From NCBI GenBank assembly GCA_030390025.1, contig CM059432.1, forward strand, positions 117,616,001 through 117,680,000: a DNA stretch of 64,000 bases. The letters are read 5' to 3'. The translations under genes and the position numbers were made by a program. The DNA is from Squalus acanthias (Eukaryota). Every line of letters begins with the position of its first letter. The stretch's first letter is position 1. Shown here in pieces: positions 27,615 through 39,653 of this stretch. Below the pieces are notes generated by a model. That model did no database searches. It saw only the letters and a program-made list of their open reading frames with translations, and was not told the origin of the DNA.

Positions 27615-28552
27615 TCCTCTCTCTGCTCTCCTGATCTCACACCGTCCCTCCCCCTCTGTTACTTTCCACTGAAAAACACCTATTTCAAGAGATGTTATTG
27701 TGGTAAATGGCACCTTCTTATCTGTCTAGTGAACCTCCCTTATCAGTCTGGTTTCTATGGTTGCATCGATTCTTGCCCCAGCTGCGCCTTGTTTTTCCCA
27801 AGTTATTAAACTCCTGTCTTTTCAAGGTCTGTGACTTCATGGCTTTTACTGTGTTCCATTCAGCTATAGTCTACTGTGATAAAAATGTCAAGTTGATGAG
27901 TGTTTTTCCCATCAGTCTTTTCGCTAAGCTGGTTATGATTGGTTACTTTGCTTTGTGAGCTAATTCTAATGATACATAAGTGTGTGTATAAGTGTTAACA
28001 AGCAAATTAGTAACTGCATGATATATATATGAAGAAAATAATTGTTAATAGACAAATGAATAAGTAAATTGACTATAATCTTGCAAAGGCTTTTCTGGAA
28101 AACCTTTCCTGAAATTCTATACCAATATAATTTCTCTTTTTAATCTCGATTTCTATACATTCCCGTGCATCCTCCATAAAGTGTGCACTTTTACATTTTT
28201 AAAGGATATTATTTTTGTTTAGCTCTATCTTATATAAACTGCATCTATTTTACACTGCAGCCTTTAGACACAATCTTGAAACTCCCTCCGAAAGCAAAAC
28301 CTTATCTTATGCTAAGCAGAAGTGAGTATCTTTCAGTGCCTCAGAGAGCTAATTAATCATTGGTATCATGGTGGACAGAGGTTATTCTAAAGCAAGGTCA
28401 AGTCCAGCAAATCAATGTCATTGACCACCATCACAACCAAATGCTCTTTGTATCTTTAAAAATGAACAAACCTAGAGTGCAAAATGGGAAAGTGGTACAT
28501 GTATAAAAAGTCTTTTTCTCTCACTACCACATAACTCAAAGTACAAGTCTTA

Positions 28553-29444
28553 GGGGGAGAAATTCGGTATCACCCCGTTTGGGGCGCAATTATCGGCCGG
28601 GTGCAAAGATTAGCGCCTGGCACTAATTATCACCTCCGACTGCAAACTTGGCTTCTATAGCCCCTGGAGGTGATTGGAGCGCTAAATCAGGCACTACATA
28701 CCTCTCTTATGGCACTAACGCCGAGGAGCAAGGCGCTTCCTCAGAGCGCTGGCGAAGCTCATGTGATGTTAGTCAGCAATGGAACACAGACACACTGGCG
28801 CCGGCCAGTTCTTAAAGGGGAGGGTCGATCTTGCTCTCCATCCACACCTTGCTCATTGCAGCCTTGAATCTCGGCCTGGAGAGACCTGTACATCAAATCT
28901 GCTGGAAAGAACAATGGAGAGACCCAGGGAAAGAGCTCAGAGTGCAGCCCCCACAGTCTCTTCTAAATCAATGCAAGGAAGGTCAAATCAAAATGAACCT
29001 GCAAAGTGCTGCTCAGTACCCAAAACTCCTTCACACAGCGTTGAATCTCTCCAGAAGTCTCTCTCTCTCTCTCAGAATGCGTGGTGCAAAAATTTTGGCA
29101 ACAAAAAAAGGCAGGAAGCGATCGCTTTTAAATAGCGCTCCCCCAGTCCCTTCCCGACTGCAAAAAGCTCCCCTCAAACTGTTGTTGCTAACGGCAGGCG
29201 GTAAGGCAGGGGGCGCCACTCAATATCCGGTCCAGGACGCTACTGGGGTGTTGCACACTCGACTGACGTCACGATCTGCGGGCGCAGGAGATCGTGGTGG
29301 TAGTGTTTAGCGCCACCGCAAAATGTCTGGTCAATTTTGCGAGCGGCGCAAACATCGCCGCGCCAGGGCGTTAGTTGCTTTACGCCCCATCAGCGCTCTC
29401 TTAGGGTGCTAACGGGAGGTGCAAAGCAACCAAATTTTTCCCCC
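28553..29444. mobile_element. Harbinger MITE
   Basis: TIRs GGGGGAGAAATTCGGT / ACCAAATTTTTCCCCC (14/16) with a canonical TTA TSD on both sides. Retains the Myb start MERPRERA at 28914. Confidence 0.9.
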
Positions 29445-30874
29445 TTACAGTTTAAAGGCTCAATGTTGTATGTTGCCAAGTACAACAACAAAGCTGATAA
29501 GAGCCCACTGGGACAATACCAGTACAATGACATCAGTCTGCATCTTCCAATTTACAAGCTTAAGTTGGCCAGGTCTGATTGGAAAATCGAGCTCCCCATG
29601 CTTAAATGTAAACAGCTGCAATAGATATTTGAGAGCGAGAAACTTAAAGACTAACTAAGGACTTGAAAAACAAATTAAACCTGATGCACAATTCACACCT
29701 TTCTGTAGAATGACACATAAAAGGAATGAAAAATATCTCAGTAAGGGACACGTAATTGAAGGGTTTTAGTAGTGCACAAGGATTTAGCATGTTCATACGA
29801 AATTCCTTTGGCCACTAAATTAATGAAAGTGCTAATTCATTTAAAGTACAGACCCATTTAAAAAAAACTTTCTGTTAAAACACCAGACAGAGGAATTTAA
29901 TTTTGTTCATCCATTAATAACACAACAACATTTCAAGGCCTAAGGTTCTAAGCTAGTTTTTCCCAAGACACTGAGCTAAGTTAGAATCAGAGAATCTCAC
30001 AACACAGAAGGGGGCCCTTCGGCCAGTCATGCCTGTGCAGCTCTTTGAAAGAGCTAAGAAAGTTAAACTTGTTAATAATTTCCTTCACATCATTAAGCAA
30101 GGTTGTTAATTAAACTCATGACTAACTGCAGTAGTGTAAGTTTATTTCCTGGGATCTAAGAGAGCATCTTGTTTATTATAGTGTCTTGCAGCGCTACTAA
30201 TTAAAAGTACTCTGATTCAAGTCTCGAATTACATTCCTGATTAGAATTTTCTACAGAACTGATGATTAAGGCTGATATTTTATTATCACCAGCAGCATAT
30301 TCACTCTCTATAATTATGCTGAAACAAGTATTAGCAATAAGTACTTTGGGCCAGGAAATTATTTTTCAATCTAAGCATTTTTATCAGCAATTTTGAACTA
30401 CATAAAGGCGAGCCTTTCTTTCTTTCTAAGACGCTTCATATATATTTTCTTCATGCAGATTGCTTGTTTCCTTTCCCATCTCACCATGCTTAAAACCTTT
30501 CCTGTTAAAATAATTTGATTCAATGTTGGCATGGAAGATCTGGCAGATGTTTAGTAACATATTTACAAATTGTTTCAGGAGCAATACATGGGAAGAGAGC
30601 ACGGCAAAGGAACAATAACAGCATCACTAAAATTAATCTAAGAACACTTCTGGCTGTCTATAGTTATAATATCACTATGTTTTGACCAAAATAATGCCAT
30701 GTTTTATCATTTTTGTACAGGTATGTTCCAAACTCAAGTTTTCTATCTCCTTCTGCACCTTCCTGAGCTTTGAGAACAATAGTATTGGCATTGCTTTTGC
30801 AGATATTTTGTTAACACATCTATATGATATTCCTCTCTCCACTAATTTCATGCAAGCATTAATTCCTTTATTTA

Positions 30875-31336
30875 AAATAAAAAGAGCCAGAGGGGATATC
30901 AGGAGAATTTTTTTTACGCAGCGAGTTATTATGATCTGGAATGCACCACCTGAAAGGGTGGTGGAAGCCGATTCAATAATACCTTTCAAAAGGGAAAACA
31001 GAAAAGAAAGACTTGCATTTCTATAGCGCCTTTCACGACCACCGGACGTCCCGAAATGCTTTACAGCCAACGAAGTACTTTTGAAGTGTAGTCACTGTTG
31101 TAATGTGGGAAACGCGGCAGCCAATTTGCGCACAGCAAGCTCCCACAAACAGCAATGTGATAATAACCAGATAATCTGTGTTTAGTGATGTTGGCTGAGG
31201 GATAAATATTGGCCAGGAAATGAGGGAATTGGATATATTCTTGAAGGGGAGAAAATTGCAATTGGATAGCTCTTTCAACAGCTGGCATAGGTATGATGGC
31301 CCAAATGTCCTGTAAGATTCTATGATTCTATTCTAT
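30875..31336 (+). mobile_element. CR1 3' end interrupted by a DeuSINE
   Basis: Peptide FFTQRVIMIWNAPPERVVEADSI. The element resumes at 31223 and ends in the (ATTCTATG)n tail. Confidence 0.85.
30997..31222 (-). mobile_element. SacSINE1-like DeuSINE, 3' half
   Basis: Matches the family and is flanked by an AGGGAA direct repeat (30991-96 and 31223-28). Confidence 0.9.
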
Positions 31337-31674
31337 GCGTTAACACCTTACTAAAATAGCGACCAAAGGAATGGTATGCAAATGTGTTAAGCAGTTGTCC
31401 ACTGAGAGCACCAACAGTAATTTCTAATCCAATGTGTTCTAGCTAGTCTTGAGATTCTTCCTATCCTGATAAATATAACCTTGCTTCTCTCGAAGATACA
31501 GTGAATTCTGGGGAGTGCTTAGTTCTTCTCATTCATTCCGCTAGGAGACTACAGGAGGTCTGGCTCGTAGATGTGTCTCTTATTAGCCATCACCTATTCT
31601 TCATTATACGATTTTCAACAGAAGCACCCATATAGGAGGCTGAAGAGCAGCTAATTAGTTTTAATAATAAACGC

Positions 31675-32108
31675 AAACAGAACATGCTGGAAATACATGA
31701 CAGTTCCATCAGCATCACGAAAGAAATAAGATAGGTTAATGTTTTGGATGTAACCCTTTTCTCAGAATGGAAAAACGGAAGATGAGTCAACATTTTGCTT
31801 GTTTTATTCTTTCAAATTAATTCCAGTGCCTCACTGAGATGATCTTTTATATTATTCAATGGTTCACTGCTTTTCTGTTAAGCAGTTTACTGGTCCATTA
31901 ATGTCCATTAATGTCCTCTCTCTAATTGCAGTATCTGCTGTTTCAGTCCCACCCTCTTATTTTCAAACTCACTAAAGGCCTTGCTTAAGTTTCAGTTTTC
32001 TGATGAAGAATTACATCCAAAATGTTAACCTGCCTTTTCTCTTTACATATGCTGACTGAACTTGTGTATTTCCAGCCTCTTCTGCTTTTGTTTCAGATTT
32101 CCAGCATT
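31675..32108. mobile_element. Degraded Penelope-derived inverted-repeat element
   Basis: 31676-31768 and 31996-32090 are inverted copies (GCTGGAAATACA / TGTATTTCCAGC; TTTTGGATGTAA / TTACATCCAAAA), related to 34312-34408. Confidence 0.6.
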
Positions 32109-32121
32109 TCTACATTATAAT

Positions 32122-32236
32122 AATGTAATTCCTACATTACAACAGTGACTACACTTCAAAACTACTTCATTGGCTGTAAAGCACTTTGGGACCCCCTGAG
32201 CTCATGAAATGCACTATATAAATGCGTCTTTCTTTT
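32122..32236 (+). mobile_element. DeuSINE 3' fragment
   Basis: TTCCTACATTACAACAGTGACTACACTTCAAA matches the family. Confidence 0.85.
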
Positions 32237-32387
32237 GTTATTCTTTTATTTGCATTTTTTCTTTTTAATTAACTCTAAATCAATTACTTACTACAGTCCT
32301 AGTGTAAAGTGTTTCTTATTTCCATTTTCTGCAGTTAGTTTTAATCCTATGAGCAGCTATGTAGTTCTACCCATTAATGGTAACATA

Positions 32388-33960
32388 TTATATAGAATCT
32401 ACAGCACAGAAACAGGCCATTCGGCCCAACTAGTCTGTGCTGGTGTTTATACTCCACACGAGTCTGCTCCCATTCCATCTACCTCATCTCAGCCTTTCAG
32501 CATATCTTTCTATTCCCATTTCTCTCATGTTCTCATCTAGATTCCTTTTGAAAGTATCAAAGCTATTTGTCTTAATCCCTTCCAGTGGTAGTGAGTTCCA
32601 CGTTCTAACCACTCTCTGAGTAAAGACATTTCTCCTTATTACCCTGTTGGATTTATTAGTAACTATCGTGTATTTATGGCCCCTAGTTTTGGATTCTCCC
32701 ATAAGTGGAAACATTCTCTCCACATCTACCCTGTCCAACCCATTCATAATTTTAAAGGCTTCTATCAGATCACCTACAAGCCTTCTCTTTTTTAAAGTAA
32801 AAAGCCCCAATCTGTTCAATCTTTCCCAATAGCAGTCATCTCTCAGTTCTGGTACCTTCCTTATAAATCTTTTTTGCACTTTCTCCAGTGCTTCTATGTC
32901 CTTTTTATAGTATGGAGACCAGAACTGTGCTCAGTACTTTAAGTGCGACCTGACCAGGGTCCTTTAAAAATTTAACATAACTTCACTACTTTTGAATTCT
33001 GTACCCCTGGAAATAAATCCCTGTGCTTTGTTAGCATTTGTGATTGCTTTGCTGACCTGCGATGCCGTTTTTAATGTTTTTTTTACCTGTATCCCTAGAT
33101 CCCTCTGCTCTTCTACCCAACTCAGTTTCTTATTTTCTCAGGTGTCGGTGATGTTTCTATTTTTCCTACCAAAGTGCATCACCTCACATTTATTTATGTT
33201 AAAGTTCATTTGCCACTTAACTGCAAGTTTTCTAATGTCTTCTTGTATTATGTTGCATTCTTCCTCAGTGTTAGCTATACCCCCAGTTGGGGATCATCTG
33301 CACATTTTATTAGAGTTACTTGTTCCTAAGTCCAAATCATTAATGTAAATTATGAATAACAGTGGGGCCAACACTGGTCCTTGTGGAACATCTCATTCTG
33401 CCTTCCTCCAATCTAAATAATTACCCTTTACCCCGACTCTCTGCTTTCTATTTTTTAGCCAATTTACTATCCAGTCAGCTATTTGTCCCCTGACTCCACA
33501 TGCCCTAACCTTTGTCATAAGCTTACTGTGTGGTACCTTATCAAAGGCCTTCTGAAAATCCAAGTATATGACATCTACTGCATTACCCTGGTCTACTCTT
33601 TCCATGACCTCTTCAAAGAATTATTTCAGGTTAGTTAAGCATGATTTACTCTTTCGAAATCCATGCTGACTATTTTTTAAATTATATTTTCTGTTTCTCG
33701 ATGCTCTTTTATCACTTCTTTGAGCATAGATTCCAGTATCTTTCCTAACACTTACGTTAAGCTGACTGGTCTATAGTTCCCCGGTTTTGTCCTATCGCCC
33801 TTTTTGTATATAGGAACAACATTAGCTGTCCGCCAGTCCTCTGGCACTATCCCCTCTTCTGTGGAACTAGTGCCTCTGCAAACTCCTCCCGAGTTTCCTT
33901 GAGTATATGTGGGTGCATACCATACGGACCTGGGGTTTTAACCTCTTTTAGTTTTGCCAT
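32388..33960 (-). mobile_element. CR1 LINE, degraded ORF2 (RT)
   Basis: Peptides VDQGNAVDVIYLDFQKAFDKVPH and RLNRLGLFTLKKRRLVGDLIEAFK...FTQRVVRTWNSLP. Confidence 0.95.
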
Positions 33961-34311
33961 TTTGTTAATATTCTAATATACCTTTCATGAATTGAATGCA
34001 AATTAATTCAACTTTGATGCTCTACAGTATCACAAATAAATACATTTTTTTCTTCAATTTTCTCCCCTTTTTCCCCTCCTCTTCTGAAGCTGCTGTTATG
34101 TTACTTTTAGGGTGGTTTTATGAACCAAATTTAATGTCACACAAAGAGGTTTCTCATTCCCAGCAACATTGTGTGCAGAGATTTAGCCAAGCGATCTCGC
34201 TACAGATGTGCTGGAGTGGTGGAAGTAAAGTTTCACAACCAAACTGTAGATCCCAGACTGCAGTGTAAACGAGTCTTCTGCAGTTCAAGTCAAAAGTGCA
34301 GAATAATAGGT

Positions 34312-34408
34312 GTTCTGACGAAAGGTCATCGACCTGAAACGTTAACTCTGTTTCTCTCTCCACAGATGCTGCCTGACCTGCTGAGTATTTCCAGCATTTC
34401 CTGTTTTT
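34312..34408 (+). mobile_element. Penelope-like element terminal fragment with a minimal hammerhead ribozyme motif
   Basis: GTT-CTGACGA-A-AGGTC-ATC-GACCT-GAAA-CGTT-AAC: CUGANGA and GAAA core boxes around a 5-bp stem. Confidence 0.7.
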
Positions 34409-36465
34409 TAGCGCAGAATAATAGATGGTGTTAGCATTTCCTATTGAAAATATGATACAAAAGATTTACTAATGAATTGTTCAACTGATTTTCAATTTGG
34501 AATAATGGCAAATCATTTTGTTTCCCCACGCTTAAGCAATCGGTTACAAGAAACATTGTGATGTCACAATGTCAGAAAATCAAAAGGATTGAAACTGATT
34601 TCAACACTTGGAGGTAAAGATTGGGACCTTAAAATTCCACCAGGGCCTCTACACCTCTTACTGTTCAACCACAGGGAGGCATGGGCAGTAGCTGTTTTGA
34701 AGTCTATGTCAACTCTTTTGGCAGGAATTGGTTCCATAATTCGTGTACAAAATTGCTGGGGTAAAAAGTAGAGGTAAGACAGGCATAAAATATACAAGGC
34801 AAGATATTATATTTATAAACATTATCTTTTCATTTTTTTTTACAGAATGAAGTTCAGATGTCTTTGCATTGCTAAAAGAGCCAGGGCTATAGTAATGAAT
34901 GTTTAAGAAACATGTGAAAATTCCTATCAATATTGATATTTCTTACCAGACCTGGGATTTAAGAACGAGAATGTATTTGTTGATTTTTTTCATAGATACT
35001 TGCTTGCACCAACAGCTAATAATCTCTCACTAACCTTTTCCATGATGCTGGTGGTTTGGGAATTATTTTCTTTTTAGTCCACCATCAAATTCAGATTGTT
35101 CCATGTGCATTTTGTAATAATGTGCATTTGAATGTTAAATGGCATCTTTGGGATTTGAATAAACAGTTCTTAATATTCCATAAATCAGGAAAAGTTGCTG
35201 ATGGTTACACTTTAAAATGAGGTGTGCAGTGTCACGTGGGCAAGAAGCAGATGTCAGCATTCCTGATTGGTGCATGTCGCTTCAGTTTCACTGACTTTCA
35301 CCCTGCTACCTCAGCAGATTCTTGTCTGGCAAGCTCAACATAAAAAAAAATGTCTAACACAACTGCTTTCATTGTTGTAATGGTTGTTGGTTCTGTAACA
35401 TTCAGATTTACTACATAAAAGGCTTACATTTCTATCAACTCTTTGTGAAGAGGTTCCTTACCCCATGTAAAACACAGACAGACATCTCACTTTTCCTGAT
35501 CTCTGAAGGATGATAATCTGCACGATTTCAGTTCGTAAAGGAGATTGAAAATACTAAAGCCAGAATGAAGATAACTATTTTATTTTATTTAGAAAGGCTA
35601 TTATAGTAGAATGTTGTCCGAATCATTGCTTTACAATCCCATTCTCTGAGTGTAAAGTTCATACTGCCAGAGACGTAAATATTCTTACCTCATAGCAGCT
35701 TCCTGTGTAGGGGAGCAGTTTAATAAACAGGATCACCTCTTGCAATCCTTTTGAAATGTTCAGAACTCCTTGCATTCTGTGTCAGAGATTATGCAGAAGT
35801 GCTACACCAATGTCAGTGCAGTAGTGTGAAAGGATTGGGAAGCCTGCAATCCACCATGAATACAGTGGCAATTCCATAGGCACCTGCTGAATGGTATCGA
35901 GGTCCAAAGTACAGACACATTTTCCCTCATGAACGGCGCAGGGGAGAATCTGCGACGGTGTTTTACTGATCGCCTGCTGTAACTTCGGTGATAACATGAT
36001 AATCATCACCTACCCTCAGAAGGCTGAAGAAGTGTCAGTTAGTTAAAGCAGAGTCCAAAGTGCTGGTAGTAATTACAGGGCCATCTCATGACTGAGCACA
36101 GAGAGTTAAGGCATCACTTGCATGCTAGGAGGCACCCACTGAGACCAGTAGGGTGGCTGCCACACTTAGCCCTCCCACTGAGGTTGTACTTAGAAGGAGC
36201 ACGAGTTTAGATGGGAGAGAGCACACAATATACAATCTCACCAAGGGCAAGCACCGAGGAAATGAACAGTAAGAGCACATACACAAAGCGGTTGTAGAGA
36301 AATAAACTGATTGCAACTTCTTTTAAATGTAACGTGGAGATTAACTTTCAGAAGGGAGATATTAATGTTGCAGGCAGTAGATTGATATGTATATATGATA
36401 ACAGAGACAGTGTTGATGATTAGGCAGGGCATGCTGTCCATATAGTCTATTACATTGTTCAATGT

Positions 36466-36908
36466 GGCACGGTGGCATAGTGGTTAGCACTGGTGCCTCA
36501 CAGCGCCAGGGACCCGGGTTCGAATCTGACCTCGGGTGACTGTCTGTGTGGAGTTTGCACATTCTCCCCGTGTCTGCGTGGGTTTCCTCCGGGTGCTCCG
36601 GTTTCCTCCCACAGTCCAAAAATGTGCGGGTTAGGTTGATTTGGCTATGATAAATTGACCCTTAGTGTTAGGGGGGGATTAAATATGTGGGGTTACGGGG
36701 ATAGGATGGGATATGTTAGGGGGAATTAAATACGTGGGGTTACGGGGATAGGGTGGGATATGTGTCAGTGCAGGCTCGATGGGGATTCTGTGTGGGAAAG
36801 CAGGGACAGGGTACTGGATTTGGATGATCAGCCATGATCGTATTGAATGGTGGAGCAGGCTCGACGGGCCGAATGGCCTACTCCTGCTCCTAGTTTCTAT
36901 GTTTCTAT
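36466..36908 (+). mobile_element. HE1-like V-SINE
   Basis: tRNA-derived head with box A (TGGCATAGTGG) and box B (GGTTCGAATC), V-domain (TGTGTGGAGTTTGCACATTCTCCCCGTGTCTGCGTGGGTTTCCTCCGGG) and a CR1-type 3' tail. Confidence 0.93.
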
Positions 36909-36974
36909 CTTTCTAAGACCATAGGAATAATCATTTACAGGGTTATGCAAAAGTCCTGTCAATGAATAAAAGAA

Positions 36975-37080
36975 AAAAAAAGAAAGACTTGCATTTCTAT
37001 AGCGCTTTCACAACCACCAGACATCTCAAAGCGCTTTACAGCCAATGAAGTACTTTTGGAGTGTAGTCACAGTTGTAATG
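36975..37080 (-). mobile_element. DeuSINE 3' fragment
   Basis: AAGAAAGACTTGCATTTCTATAGCGC... matches the family. Confidence 0.85.
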
Positions 37081-37089
37081 AATAAAGTA

Positions 37090-37440
37090 TCAGTCTCCTT
37101 GGCTGCATGTTGCTCTTAACCCATCTTCTTCCTTCACTTCCTCCTTCTCCTTCTCTGTAAAGATTTCAGCCTGCCCCATCTGAGCATTTTGTTGCAGGGT
37201 TATTGCTCTCTTGTTAGCAAAATTGTGATGCAGATCATTTTTGACCCTTTGTCTGGACTGTATGCCCCAGTCTGTCCAAATAATAAAATCTCTTGTATGT
37301 TCCACCCAAGTTCAGAAGGAGGCATGCATCTAGTTGTATCTGCGTCTGTTTGGAGCTTCTCAACTGGGTTATTATCGAGGGCTGCAGTGGTCCTTTGTAC
37401 CTTAGCACAAAGCCTTCCAGTCTACCTGCTCCTTGAAACT
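37090..37440 (-). pseudogene. Highly degraded Harbinger transposase C-terminus
   Basis: Frameshifted RF..LDR.G / YSPDK / LHHNFA followed by an acidic tail, resembling the HARBI1-type RFRCLDRSGG..YSP..LHN motif. Confidence 0.5.
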
Positions 37441-37878
37441 TAATGCTTGGGGTAGATTTTGAACTTGCTGCCCGGGCGTCACGAGCTCTTCTCCAAATCC
37501 ATCACTGCCATTGAGATGTGCAGCGGAGTTCCGATGCTAAACAATGGTTGTTGCTAATGTAACAGCAGCTGTCAACAACAGTTCTCTGGGAAAAGTTATC
37601 TTCAGAAGTGATCGTACAATGCAATAATGCAGCTTCAAATCCAGCAGCGTATAAAACACCATATATAATGTAGTCTTGTGAAAGGAATAAATTCAGGGGT
37701 TTAAATTCGGGAGCACCCATGTTTCTTGGGCGTCACCCCGCGCAGGGTTTAATATCTTGCACACAAATGGTGAAGTCCGAGGAGCCCCAGATATTGGGCA
37801 TCGGTCATTATTCCAGTGAGGGTGGCACAGCGGCAGGAGGCAGCATGTCGCAGGTGCTCCAATTTTGGCCCGCTGCAC

Positions 37879-39653
37879 TGTAGGGGGTGGTGTGGTAGGG
37901 TCAGCCTCACCTCTGACTCAGTGAGCAGTTCGAATTGCTCCCACGCCCCTGGTTCTAGACCTTGGACTTATTTGGGGGTTGTGAACAAAGATGCAGTAGA
38001 CAACAGGTTTGGATGAAAGAGTTTTGACTTTTATTAAAGAAAAGGTAGCAAACTCAAAACACACTTAATGCTTAAACACAGGTTGGGGAACACACGGTAC
38101 AGGCAAGGGAGAATTACAATATACAAAAAAAAACCTTATCCCTCCCAAAATCCCACTATCTAGCTAAGTTTTGATTTCAGGAGATCAGGGATAATGCTCA
38201 CCAAACAGGGGTTTTGATACTTCGAAATCCAGCCAGGTAAGTTGATTGCGTTTTTGGGGTACTCTCTTTGTGTCCTTTGGGGCCTGCCGTCCCCACGTGG
38301 TACCGGTCGGTGGAATCTGCGAAGGCTCCTCAGTCGGGTGGAGTCCGCAGATGCGGTAAGGTGCGGTTGTGGATTTATCAGTTAAGTACCCGATTTCTTT
38401 GCTTTTAGCTGTAGGTTTAGAGTCTTTGCATGCAAGTCTTACCCAGGGGTAAGCCAGGAGTAGTTGTAGGGTTGACGTTTCTTCGAGTTTTTCCTGGTTG
38501 GCTGGTTTATGTCGTGATTGCCTGGTGGTTGGTCGTTGCGCGGGGCCTTGGTCCCCGCGGTACTTTTGAGTGGTGGTCTACCTCGTGGAGCCCTTGGTGG
38601 CTCTGGTGGTCGATTTGTTGCATTGGAGGCCTGTCGGGGCAGTACCACCTGGGGCTGGACCGTGGGTTGAGCGATGCCGACTCGCCCCCAGCCTCCAGTG
38701 ACCTTGGCTAGTGGCTGTTGGTGCTGGACCGTGTACTGAGCGATGCTGACTCGCTCCCAGTGGTCTCAGCTCTAGCCCTTCCCTGGCCTTGTCTGTGCTG
38801 CCTCCGATCTCACCCCGGGTCTGCCTCGTGGCCTTGCTGCTTCTCTCCTCCTCCTGCTCGTGTCGTGTGGCTCCTGTAGCGCTGAGTAACTTGCTGTGAT
38901 TTGCTGGGGGAATAGGCCTTCAATTATACTGTTCAGGCATATTGTGTTTTTCGTGCCAAAACCCCTTTACTAAATCGGTTTCTCGTTGAAGTGATTTAGG
39001 TTTCAGTTGAGGCCTGTTCATTCCATTGTCTTAGGTTTTGGCGGGCTCGTTAAGTTTGATGATTTTAACTTGGTGTTAATTTGTCCTGATGGCTTCCGAT
39101 GTCTTCCGTTTAGGCAGGGTCTTTATCTACGCGCCAAATCTCGCCCCTTTTGTCTTCGGTTTTTGGTGGGCTTGTTAATCTGTCCCTGTAGATACTTGGC
39201 TAATTGGTTTTTGATGGGATAATGGGTGTACTGGATGTTTTATTGTTTTCAGGCTTCTAGCATCCTGTTTGGGCCTGGGGATTTCAAAAGGGGTCTTGGA
39301 TTATTCATTTTTGGATGTGTATGTGAGGTTTTGGGTGAGGCTCTTCCTCCCTGGTTGGATTGCAGTGCAAACATTTCCCAGACAGCTTGACTGGGCCCCA
39401 ATACTCAAAAGCTGTCCACTGCCTCGCCACACCCCTCTGCAGCCTGTCCTGTCTCTGTAACTGTGAGGTTTTTCCCAAAGTAATTTTCCTCAGGGTTTTT
39501 CTTCCCTGATCCATAAAAATGTCCAAAACTGAGGTTTTTTTTTACCTCAAATCACTTCATTTAGGTCCCATCATCCCAAATTCATATAAAAATCCAAAAA
39601 TCACCCCTTTTAGGGTTCTATTCGAGTTTCTGGGGGATTTTGCGAAGCCTACA
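37879..39653 (-). mobile_element. 1,775-bp solo LTR
   Basis: Begins TGTAGG and ends CCTACA (6-bp inverted termini), with an exact 4-bp TSD GCAC (37875-78 and 39654-57). Minus-strand AATAAA at 38030-35. It appears to sit inside a GC-rich MITE-like sequence (~37696-40000). Confidence 0.85.

Noticed and set aside
36466..36540. tRNA gene
   Set aside because: The A/B boxes belong to the head of a V-SINE and continue into the SINE body.
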